From IMG/VR virus record IMGVR_UViG_3300045988_111150: a DNA stretch of 37,097 nt. One strand, written 5' to 3'. Shown piece after piece: positions 22,487 through 30,663 of the stretch. Position 1 is the first letter of the stretch, and every line of letters starts with the position of its first letter. Source of the DNA: a virus. The notes beneath the pieces are model-generated. The model was not told the DNA's origin and did no database searches. It saw nothing but the letters and a program-made list of their open reading frames with translations. The position numbers and the translations under genes are program-made.

Positions 22487-24098
22487 CAAGGAATTGCTTT
22501 TAGCTGCCTGGTTGGAGAAGTTACAAAAGAAGTGGGATACGGAAGAATACTACTACGATGTAGAGGAAGCAAAGAAAGTATTTAAGTTCGTGTCGAAGTT
22601 GACTAATGACAGAGGAGCAAGCCGAAACTTTGACTTATTAGAATTTCAGTTTGAAATAGTAACAGAAATACTATGTGTGAAGCGAAGGGAAGACGGTAAG
22701 CGAAAACATAGAGAAGCACATATAAATATACCGCGTAAAAATGGTAAATCATTTCTAGCGGCGATTATAGTAGTGTACCTATTTTTCTGCCAGCGGCATA
22801 TCTTCGGCGCGCTTTTTATTTTGACGGCAAATACAACCAAACAGGCGGGCGAGCTGTACGGAACGGTAGAGCATTTCATAAAAGCAAATAAGACACTACG
22901 CCGCTACTGCAAGATTACAAGCAGTACGAAAACCATTATACGAAAAGATAACGGTAATAAGCTTATGGTGCTGTCGTCGGACGCGGACAACGCCGACAGT
23001 TTTAATGATTATGTAGCCGTCCTGGACGAGATACACCAGGCAAAAAACGACGAAATGTATGGAAAGTTAAGAACGGGGCAAGGAGCATGGGACGAGCCGC
23101 TAATAATGACAATTACAACGGCTTCCAGCGGAGAAGACCCGGCAAACCCGGAAATGCAGCTTTACACTATGGCGAAGAAAATAGAAGCCGGGGAAGTGAA
23201 CGACCCGAGCTTTTACTACAGGATTTACGAAGCTGATAAGGATTGTAATGTAGAGGACGAAACACAATGGTATAAATCAAACCCGGCGTTAGGAGTATTT
23301 AGGAAACTGGAAGACCTGGCGAACTTTGCAAAGCGTATAAGACTTATGCCTTTACAGGAAAATATGTTTAGGCGTATGTTTTTGAACCAGCACGTAGCGT
23401 TAGACCATGAAAAAGGTGCTATAAATATGGATTTGTGGGACTTGTGCACGAAAAAGGTAGACACGAAAGACCTAGAAGGCTGGAAGTGCTGGGGTGGCTT
23501 GGATTTATCAAGTAAAAATGATATTACGGGCTTTGTCCTGGTATTTTATGAAGAGACAACCGGGCGATTTATCGTAGTACCGTACCTGTATACGCCGAAA
23601 GAAACGGTAGCATACAGGCAGCATAAGGACAATAACCCTTATGAATACTGGATAAAAAAAGGCGATTTGATAGCTTTAGACGGAAAATATGTAAATTTTG
23701 AACGCTTCTTAGACCATGCGGTAGAACTGGACGAAAAATACAGGATAGAACAGATAGGTTTCGACCAGTGGGGAAGTACAACAATCATAAACAGATTAGA
23801 AGACCGCTGGGACGTTATCCCGATAGGACAGGGAACTAAGACCATGACACAGGTTATTAACGATTTTGAGAACCTATTAGTAGACGAAAGGCTGATTATT
23901 GCAGAAAATGAGTGCTTCCGATTCATGGCGAAGAACTGTATAGCAGTTTACGACGAAATGTTAGGAGTTAAGTACAGCAAGAAGAAAAGTAAATTTAAAA
24001 TCGACGGTGTAATAGCTATGCTTATGGGCTTGCTATTATGCATCGAAGAAAATGGTATTGAACACTATAACCCGGTGGAATACCTGGACGCGATGTAA
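22479..24098 (+). CDS. terL: terminase large subunit
   Basis: Walker A-like IPRKNGKS and Walker B VAVLDEIH. C-terminal nuclease half with GLDLS...D. Confidence 0.9.
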   Translation: MINKELLLAAWLEKLQKKWDTEEYYYDVEEAKKVFKFVSKLTNDRGASRNFDLLEFQFEIVTEILCVKRREDGKRKHREAHINIPRKNGKSFLAAIIVVYLFFCQRHIFGALFILTANTTKQAGELYGTVEHFIKANKTLRRYCKITSSTKTIIRKDNGNKLMVLSSDADNADSFNDYVAVLDEIHQAKNDEMYGKLRTGQGAWDEPLIMTITTASSGEDPANPEMQLYTMAKKIEAGEVNDPSFYYRIYEADKDCNVEDETQWYKSNPALGVFRKLEDLANFAKRIRLMPLQENMFRRMFLNQHVALDHEKGAINMDLWDLCTKKVDTKDLEGWKCWGGLDLSSKNDITGFVLVFYEETTGRFIVVPYLYTPKETVAYRQHKDNNPYEYWIKKGDLIALDGKYVNFERFLDHAVELDEKYRIEQIGFDQWGSTTIINRLEDRWDVIPIGQGTKTMTQVINDFENLLVDERLIIAENECFRFMAKNCIAVYDEMLGVKYSKKKSKFKIDGVIAMLMGLLLCIEENGIEHYNPVEYLDAM

Positions 24099-24110
24099 GA
24101 AGGAAAAAAT

Positions 24111-24290
24111 ATGCTTAAGAAGTTAAAAAACATAAAGAAAAAAATAGTGATCGCAGACGGGCTATTATTGGCAGCTATGGCGGTAGTGTTTGGGACGACA
24201 TACGACATAAACCCGCATATCGGTATGTATGTTTTAGCTGCTGAGCTGGCAGCAGTCGCGATTATGATAGTAAGGAGTGGTAAAAGTTAA
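24111..24290 (+). CDS. small membrane protein (59 aa) between terL and portal
   Basis: Hand-translated MLKKLKNIKKKIVIADGLLLAAMAVVFGTTYDINPHIGMYVLAAELAAVAIMIVRSGKS. Its stop overlaps the portal ATG (TAATG). Confidence 0.4.
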   Translation: MLKKLKNIKKKIVIADGLLLAAMAVVFGTTYDINPHIGMYVLAAELAAVAIMIVRSGKS

Positions 24291-25522
24291 TGTTTTTGGA
24301 TTTTTTGGAAAAAAGAAGCGAAGAAGTAGACGATACGCCGCGACTTACGGACGAAGAAAAGCTTTTTTTAAAGGTTTTCGGGATAGAAGAAGACCAACCA
24401 GCGGCGGCAATGAAGGAAGCAACCTACTTTACCTGTATAAAAAAGCTGTCGGAAGCAGTGGCGAAAACGCCGCTATATCTTACCAAGGACACGGAAACAG
24501 GCGAAAGAAGGGCAAAAGAACATCCGTTATATGAACTTTTGAGCTTAAGACCAAACCCGTATATGACGGCGGTAGACTTTTGGAAGGCAATAGAAGCCAC
24601 CAGGCAGCACGAAGGCATAGCCGGAGCGGTAAAAGTGTACGGAAGAAAAGGGAAAATAGAAGCTTTGTACCCTTGCACGATAGAAGGAATCACTATAGAC
24701 GATGCGGGTGTACTCAGATCAACCAAAAAGCATAAAGTTTTAGTTGATTTCAAAGTACCAGGTACGGGAATGAACGAAAGCGCCTTTTATGAGGATTTGC
24801 TGATATTCAAAGGCTTTACTATGGACGGAATCAACACGGAAGCAGTAAGGACTATCGTAAAAAGCACGATAGACGTACAGATTAAAGCACAGAATTACCT
24901 TAATACGTTATTTGATAACGGGTTGACTAACAAAATGGTAATACAGCTTACAAGTGACATAAGAGACGAAAAAGAGCTTAAGAAGATACAGGAAAAGTTT
25001 GGAAAGCTTTACAGTAAAGGGAAACGTATCTTTACAGTACCAGCGGGATTTAATGTACAGCCCGTTAATTTATCGCTGGCAGACGCGCAATACGAACAGA
25101 TCAGAAGAATGTCTATTAGTCAGATCGCGGCGCTATTCGGTATAAAAATGTATCAGCTTAATGACTTGAAAGACACAAATAATAATTCGCTAGAACAGCA
25201 GCAGTTAAGTTTTTTAGTAGATACATTGCTTATCTTGTATGAGTCAATCGAACAGGAAGTTACGTGGAGCTGTTTAACAAAAGAGGAAAGAACACAAGGG
25301 TATAAAGCGAAGCATAACACAAATGTAATATTACGTTCTTCGCCGGAAACACAGCAAAAAATACTATGCGCTTATGTGGCTGGTGGAATTATGAAACCGA
25401 ACGAAGCGAGGTTAGAACTTGGACGTGAAACCACAGAGGACGGCGACGACCTTATAGTAAATGCGGGTGTGCTTAAGCTTAAAGATTTGGGAAAGGAGAT
25501 AAAGGGTAATGCCGAAGAATGA
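24290..25522 (+). CDS. portal protein (HK97 family-like)
   Basis: 410 aa, positioned after terL. Typical portal-length ORF with conserved-looking central core (FDNGL...PAGF...YEQIRR). Confidence 0.85.
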   Translation: MFLDFLEKRSEEVDDTPRLTDEEKLFLKVFGIEEDQPAAAMKEATYFTCIKKLSEAVAKTPLYLTKDTETGERRAKEHPLYELLSLRPNPYMTAVDFWKAIEATRQHEGIAGAVKVYGRKGKIEALYPCTIEGITIDDAGVLRSTKKHKVLVDFKVPGTGMNESAFYEDLLIFKGFTMDGINTEAVRTIVKSTIDVQIKAQNYLNTLFDNGLTNKMVIQLTSDIRDEKELKKIQEKFGKLYSKGKRIFTVPAGFNVQPVNLSLADAQYEQIRRMSISQIAALFGIKMYQLNDLKDTNNNSLEQQQLSFLVDTLLILYESIEQEVTWSCLTKEERTQGYKAKHNTNVILRSSPETQQKILCAYVAGGIMKPNEARLELGRETTEDGDDLIVNAGVLKLKDLGKEIKGNAEE

Positions 25523-26195
25523 AACACACAACAGGGAAGAAACAGTAGGAATACAGGAAAAAAGAAATTATGTAGCAGCCCAGGAAATACAGCTTGAAGT
25601 AAGAGCAGCGGCAGAAGGCGGAGAAAGCCGGACGATTGGCGGATATGCAGTTAAGTATAATACGCCTGTAGTTATTACTGATCGCTGGGGCGACAAATAT
25701 TTAGAGGAAATCGCCGCCGGGTGCTTCGATGAAAGTTTAAGCAGATGCAAAGAGAGCGGCAGCGAGATAAAAGCCTTATGGAATCACGACACAAGCCGCC
25801 CGCTTGGAAATACGAAAACGGACACACTAAGATTTAACACGGGGGACACTACCGGGCTGAATTACGATATTGATTTACCTAACAATACATGGGGAAACGA
25901 TGTACGGGAAAGTGTGCAGCGTGGAGATGTAGACGGTAGCAGCTTCGGTTTTATCTGCCAGGAAGATAAATGGAGCAAGGTACAACATGAAGGCGAAGAA
26001 ATGTACAAAAGAAGCATTATAAAAGCGGAGCTGCTAGAAGTAAGCCCGTGTACGTTCCCAGCTTATGACAGTTCACAAATTAACTGTAGAAGTTTTGAAC
26101 GTATGAAAGCAGATGCAAAAGAAGAGCAAAGGCTGGAAGAGCTGAGAAAAGAAGCGAGACTACTAGAAATCGCAGATAAAAACAATAAGGAGTAA
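25509..26195 (+). CDS. prohead maturation protease (HK97 / S78 family-like)
   Basis: IGGYAVKYNTPVVI...ALWNHD...PLG...DGSSFGF pattern. Lies between portal and capsid. Confidence 0.8.
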   Translation: MPKNETHNREETVGIQEKRNYVAAQEIQLEVRAAAEGGESRTIGGYAVKYNTPVVITDRWGDKYLEEIAAGCFDESLSRCKESGSEIKALWNHDTSRPLGNTKTDTLRFNTGDTTGLNYDIDLPNNTWGNDVRESVQRGDVDGSSFGFICQEDKWSKVQHEGEEMYKRSIIKAELLEVSPCTFPAYDSSQINCRSFERMKADAKEEQRLEELRKEARLLEIADKNNKE

Positions 26196-26199
26196 CAAA

Positions 26200-27303
26200 A
26201 TGACAGTACAGGAATTAAGAGAAGCGATTACACAGAAAACAGAGGAAATTAACGGATACCTGGAAAGCAGAGACGCGGACAAGGCAGAGGAAGCGTTAGC
26301 AGAAAAAAGAAAATTGCAGAAATTACTTGCAGTAAGAGAAGCAGAAGACGACGAAGAGCGGGAAGACCTGGGAAGACAGAGAAAACAGAAAGAAAGTAGA
26401 ACCACAGGAGCAGTAAGCGAGTTGAGAGCTGCCGTTAAATTTGCTTTGCATGGAAAAGCGGCATTAACAGACGAAGAAAGAGCAGCGGTAAACATTGACG
26501 GAAACGCCGCTATTCTGCCGGAACAGTTTGTAAATGATATCCAGGTATTAAGAGCTGGATTCCCGAGCCTTAAAAACCATTGCCATATCATTAAAGCAAC
26601 TTCTAATCATGGTAAAATGCCATTTGCAAAAATTGGCGGTAAAAAGCTGAAAAAGTATAAATCTGGAACGAAGCTTACGGGAGAAGCAGCAAATACAGAG
26701 GACATTCAGTACAACATTGAAAACTACGGCGCACTTGTACCAATCGCAAACGATTTACAGGAAGACGAAGCCGTTAATATCGTACAGGAAGTTATTAAGC
26801 CGGACTTCGCGGAAGCTGGGGTTAATACTGAAAATGATGAAATTATGCAGATCGTAGAAGGAAGTGCGGTAGACAAGTCTACAGGTGCGAAAGATTGGAG
26901 AGATGTAAAGAAAATCATTGACGGAGTATTACCGACGCTTCGAGGAAGAGTAGTAGTAATTACAAATCTTTCCGGCAGCGTGTACTTGAAGTCCCAGGAA
27001 GACAAGAACGGAAGAAACTTAGACCTGGTTAAAGAGGTAAATGGTAAGGAATACTTCCAGGGCAAAGAACTTATTACGCTGAGTGATGAAGACATTACAG
27101 CAAGCGCTACAGGAAAAATGATTTTTTATGTAGTAAACCTGTATGCGCTGGTTAAATTCTTCGAGAGAAAAGGCTATACAGTATCTACAGACAAATCTGT
27201 ATTCTTTGAGTCTGACGAACTGGCATTAAAAGTACAGGAACGCTTTGACTGCGAGAAATTGGACGAAAGAGCAGATTTTAAAGTAGAATTTACACCAGCG
27301 TAG
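26200..27303 (+). CDS. major capsid protein (HK97 fold) with an N-terminal coiled-coil delta domain
   Basis: 367 aa. Position, charged coiled-coil N-terminus and capsid-like C-terminal region. Confidence 0.85.
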   Translation: MTVQELREAITQKTEEINGYLESRDADKAEEALAEKRKLQKLLAVREAEDDEEREDLGRQRKQKESRTTGAVSELRAAVKFALHGKAALTDEERAAVNIDGNAAILPEQFVNDIQVLRAGFPSLKNHCHIIKATSNHGKMPFAKIGGKKLKKYKSGTKLTGEAANTEDIQYNIENYGALVPIANDLQEDEAVNIVQEVIKPDFAEAGVNTENDEIMQIVEGSAVDKSTGAKDWRDVKKIIDGVLPTLRGRVVVITNLSGSVYLKSQEDKNGRNLDLVKEVNGKEYFQGKELITLSDEDITASATGKMIFYVVNLYALVKFFERKGYTVSTDKSVFFESDELALKVQERFDCEKLDERADFKVEFTPA

Positions 27304-27313
27304 GCGGTAGATC

Positions 27314-27619
27314 ATGGCGATCACATTACAGGAAGCGAAAGAATATTTACGTGTAGGATATGACGACGATAACGACTATATCACAGAGCTTATAGAAATA
27401 TCAGAAGCTTATATAGACGGTTGCGTAGGTACTGCATACCGGGAAAAGAATAAGTATAGCTGCGAGGAAGAATATAAGAGAGGGTGCAGACTTGCTACCC
27501 TCTTACAAAAGAAAATAATAAGCGATATGTATGATATCAGAGGGACTACCGTAAGTAATAATACAAAACAGGATAACATTACAAAAACTATACTAGATAA
27601 GCTGGCGAACGTGGGGTAG
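27314..27619 (+). CDS. head-tail connector (gp6-like)
   Basis: ITLQEAKEYLRVGYDDDNDYITELIEISEAYI is the typical gp6-like N-terminus. Confidence 0.7.
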   Translation: MAITLQEAKEYLRVGYDDDNDYITELIEISEAYIDGCVGTAYREKNKYSCEEEYKRGCRLATLLQKKIISDMYDIRGTTVSNNTKQDNITKTILDKLANVG

Positions 27620-27623
27620 TGAT

Positions 27624-27929
27624 ATGTATGTAATGATACAGAAACGAGAAAAGACTGTAGAGAAGGGGCGACCAGTAGAAAAGTGGAATGATTACTTAAA
27701 ATGCTGGTGCGAAGTGAAAAGCTTATACGGGAAAGAACTGTATACAGCACTGGAAGCAAAGCTAGAAAATGTAATGAACTTTGAAACGCGATATTGTAAA
27801 GCCCTGGAAGCATTGAATACGAAAGAATACCGGGTAGTATGGGGCGAACGCATATTTAAGCTTATCAATGCAGATTACGGCAAGTACGACCGTAAAAAAG
27901 TAGTGCTTAAAGGACAAGAAGTAGTATGA
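27624..27929 (+). CDS. head closure protein
   Basis: Size, position and WCEVKSLYGKELY pattern. Confidence 0.6.
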   Translation: MYVMIQKREKTVEKGRPVEKWNDYLKCWCEVKSLYGKELYTALEAKLENVMNFETRYCKALEALNTKEYRVVWGERIFKLINADYGKYDRKKVVLKGQEVV

Positions 27930-28381
27930 GTTTCAATATCACTATGAATTTTTTAGGACTGGACGAAGTGCAGAAAGAAATAGAAAGACTCAGTACGGAG
28001 TCAGAACTAAAAGCCCTAAATAAAAAGATTGTAAAGAAAGCCGGAAAAGTTGGCTTAGAAGAATCAGAAGGGCAGATAAGAAAGAAAGCATACAGCAAAA
28101 ACCCTATGAAATCCGGGCGACGCGGCAGCAGAACAGGGCAGCACGCGGCGGATAATGTGCCGGAAAAGGGAACAACACAAAGCGGGAACTATGGAGAAGT
28201 TATAGGCTGGGAAAAAAGTGATACTTCGCCATTCTTCTACATGAAGTTCCATGAATGGGGTACAACGATGCATAAGCCTAAAAAATTCATGCTGGAAGCG
28301 GCGCGCCCGACGTATCAAGCGCTAAAGAGTATAGCAGAAGAAGAATACGAGAAAGTTTTAAAGGAAAAGTTAGAGGGATAA
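27926..28381 (+). CDS. HK97 gp10-like neck/tail-completion protein
   Basis: FYMKFHEWGTTMHKPKKFMLEA resembles the HK97 gp10 family motif. Confidence 0.6.
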   Translation: MSFNITMNFLGLDEVQKEIERLSTESELKALNKKIVKKAGKVGLEESEGQIRKKAYSKNPMKSGRRGSRTGQHAADNVPEKGTTQSGNYGEVIGWEKSDTSPFFYMKFHEWGTTMHKPKKFMLEAARPTYQALKSIAEEEYEKVLKEKLEG

Positions 28382-28382
28382 T

Positions 28383-28799
28383 ATGGCACTTCTAAGCAAA
28401 AAAGAAAAACAGCAGCTTAAGCAGATTATAGCGGATTATCCGAATAACGAAGACCTGGATTTAACAGCATATATAGCAGAAGTAATAGGTATAACAGGAA
28501 AGCACGTAGAAGAAGGCTGGTACAACCAAGATATAAACGATACACACATTACTTTTTACTATATAACGGATACAGACGCAAACCATAGCGACGATAAGAA
28601 CGAAGCAGAAGAATACTATATACAGGTAGATATATGGAGTGAAGAAGATTGTTTTCTTTTGAAACGGAAAATAAAGAAATTACTTAAGAAGGCGGGCTTT
28701 ACATATTTTGCGGGGAATGATGATTATGAACAGGATACGAAAATATACCATAAAGCAGCAAGATTTTATTTTTTAATAAATACCGAAGGAGAAGATTAA
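28383..28799 (+). CDS. putative tail terminator/completion protein
   Basis: Position immediately before the major tail protein. No motif recognised. Confidence 0.4.
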   Translation: MALLSKKEKQQLKQIIADYPNNEDLDLTAYIAEVIGITGKHVEEGWYNQDINDTHITFYYITDTDANHSDDKNEAEEYYIQVDIWSEEDCFLLKRKIKKLLKKAGFTYFAGNDDYEQDTKIYHKAARFYFLINTEGED

Positions 28800-28803
28800 A
28801 GTA

Positions 28804-29448
28804 ATGAAAGTCCAGGAAAATAAGCAGACAATCGAGAGAAGCAGAGTAGTAGGCTTAAAAGATATTTGCGTAGCAGCAGTTACCACAAACGACGCTACAA
28901 CATATGCAGCGGAAACACCTACCAGGCTGGCGAAAGCAATCACAGCAACTATTAAAGAGACGTTCGAGGTAGAGTACTTATACAGTGACGACGAAGTAGA
29001 GGATACTACAGAGACATTTGTAAAAGCAGAGATCGAGTTGGAAGTAAACAGACTGACACCGGGAGATTATGCGCTGTTATTCGATTCTCTGTATAAAGGC
29101 GGCTACCTGGTAAAATCAGAGAGCGACAGAGCGAAAGAAGTAGCTTTAGGATTCAGAGCGAAGCAGAACAACGGGAAGTACGAATTTGTATGGTACTATT
29201 GCGGAAAAGCAGAGCACCCGGAAGAGTCTTACGAGACGATCAAGGACAAGAAGACGGCGCAGACACAGAAAATTACTTTTACATTCTATGCGAGAAAGAA
29301 AGAAGATACAGTAGATGGAAAAGCAAAGCGCTTCTATGCACTTAAAGTAGATGAGTCGCAGTTATTAGAAGAACATACAAACGCTAAAAAAGCTATTGCG
29401 GAATGGTTCGGAGCGGTACAGGAATACAAAGCAGATGTAGCAGCGTAA
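28804..29448 (+). CDS. major tail protein
   Basis: 214 aa, positioned upstream of the chaperone pair and tape measure, and followed by an attenuator-like hairpin (GCGGTGTC 29464-29471 / GACACCGC 29479-29486). Confidence 0.65.
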   Translation: MKVQENKQTIERSRVVGLKDICVAAVTTNDATTYAAETPTRLAKAITATIKETFEVEYLYSDDEVEDTTETFVKAEIELEVNRLTPGDYALLFDSLYKGGYLVKSESDRAKEVALGFRAKQNNGKYEFVWYYCGKAEHPEESYETIKDKKTAQTQKITFTFYARKKEDTVDGKAKRFYALKVDESQLLEEHTNAKKAIAEWFGAVQEYKADVAA

Positions 29449-29500
29449 AAAGAGAAAAAAGGGGCGGTGTCAGAATATGACACCGCTAAAAGGTATAAAA

Positions 29501-30121
29501 ATGAGAATTACAATTAACGAAAAAGAATATGAAAGCGGAAAAATTACAAGAGAAAAATACAGATCATTTTGTGAAACGTTCGATAGCTTTTTGAAGAAAG
29601 ATGCTAATTCTATGGTTTTCACAGATGAAGACTTAGACAAAATGATTGAATCTATCGTAGTGGTATACGGAAATCAGTTTACATTTGATGAAGCCAGCGA
29701 CGCGCTGGACGAAATCCCGGATATTCTGCTTAATTTCTCACTTATCAATGCGGAAATTCTGAACAAGAGCAATTTACAGGCGGAAAAGACAGCAAAGACC
29801 GGGAAGGCAAATATTATTACAATCGGCGGCAAAGAATACGATTGTGGAAAGATTGGAAGAAAGAAATACAAAGCTTTCCGCGAGGTATACGAAAGATTAA
29901 CACGCCCGGAGAAACAGACATATACAGATACGGAGCTGGATGAAATGATTAACACTATCGTACTGGTATATGATAATCAATTCACTTTTGAAGAAGCGAA
30001 TGAAACTTTAGAAGATGTTTCGGAGATTATTTTTAACTTCGGATTGATCAACGCAAATATCCTTAAAAAGTTTAAGGACGAAGCAGCGGGCGCAAAAAAA
30101 AATTTAAGCTCACAGGTGTAA
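29501..30121 (+). CDS. tail assembly chaperone (gpG analogue), internally duplicated
   Basis: ATG 29501 is preferred because ATG 29477 sits inside the hairpin loop. The two halves align: ITINEKEYESGKITREKYRSF...VVVYGNQFTFDEASDAL...LLNFSLINAEILNK versus ITIGGKEYDCGKIGRKKYKAF...VLVYDNQFTFEEANETL...IFNFGLINANILKK. Confidence 0.7.
   Translation: MRITINEKEYESGKITREKYRSFCETFDSFLKKDANSMVFTDEDLDKMIESIVVVYGNQFTFDEASDALDEIPDILLNFSLINAEILNKSNLQAEKTAKTGKANIITIGGKEYDCGKIGRKKYKAFREVYERLTRPEKQTYTDTELDEMINTIVLVYDNQFTFEEANETLEDVSEIIFNFGLINANILKKFKDEAAGAKKNLSSQV
30094..30102 (+). promoter_or_regulatory. slippery A9 run for programmed -1 ribosomal frameshifting (A AAA AAA)
   Basis: The zero frame reads GCA AAA AAA AAT. 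The -1 frame is open from 30076 through 30645, so a slip here fuses the chaperone to the downstream ORF. Confidence 0.7.
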
Positions 30122-30645
30122 TAGATTATTACCTGGAATGTGAGGAAGGAGATAAAAGGCTATACAGAATAACGACATACGCTTACAGAAGATTTATAAA
30201 GCTTATGGAAAAAATTAGCCGTACAGATGATGAAGACGACTTATTAGAGCTGTACGCTGCCGTGATACAGGTAGTATTTAACGACAGGGTAGAGAATGAA
30301 GAAATAGAACGGCTGGACGTAACAGACATTATAGACACGTTTGGAGCGATAGTAGAAATCATAGATATTTCTGTAAATGAAAAAATAAGGTATCTAGGCA
30401 AAATGCTGGGCGGAACGCTGGAAGAAGACCAGGGTAGTGCGTTCGATGAATACGACCAGGAAAACGGATACATTGAAGAAACGACACAGGAAGATATATG
30501 GAGATCATACGGGGATAACCTAGACGCTATCCTACAGATATGTATAAAAAGTATGCGGAACAGCTATAAGGAGTGCTTAGAATCAGATTTAAGCGACTTA
30601 TTGGACTACGTTGTATTTCAAGTCGAATATGACCGGGAAAAGTAG
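30094..30645 (+). CDS. gpT-like extension of the tail assembly chaperone, expressed as a G-T fusion by -1 frameshift
   Basis: The frame containing track ORF 30205..30645 has no stop back to 30076 and overlaps the last 46 nt of the chaperone ORF. No convincing independent RBS precedes ATG 30205. Confidence 0.65.
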   Translation, partial: KKKFKLTGVIDYYLECEEGDKRLYRITTYAYRRFIKLMEKISRTDDEDDLLELYAAVIQVVFNDRVENEEIERLDVTDIIDTFGAIVEIIDISVNEKIRYLGKMLGGTLEEDQGSAFDEYDQENGYIEETTQEDIWRSYGDNLDAILQICIKSMRNSYKECLESDLSDLLDYVVFQVEYDREK

Positions 30646-30663
30646 ACATAAGGAGCGTAATAA

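Noticed and set aside
24277-24534. 85-aa Arg/Lys-rich ORF overlapping the portal gene start in another frame
   Set aside because: It lies entirely within the well-supported portal ORF 24290-25522 and has no independent support.
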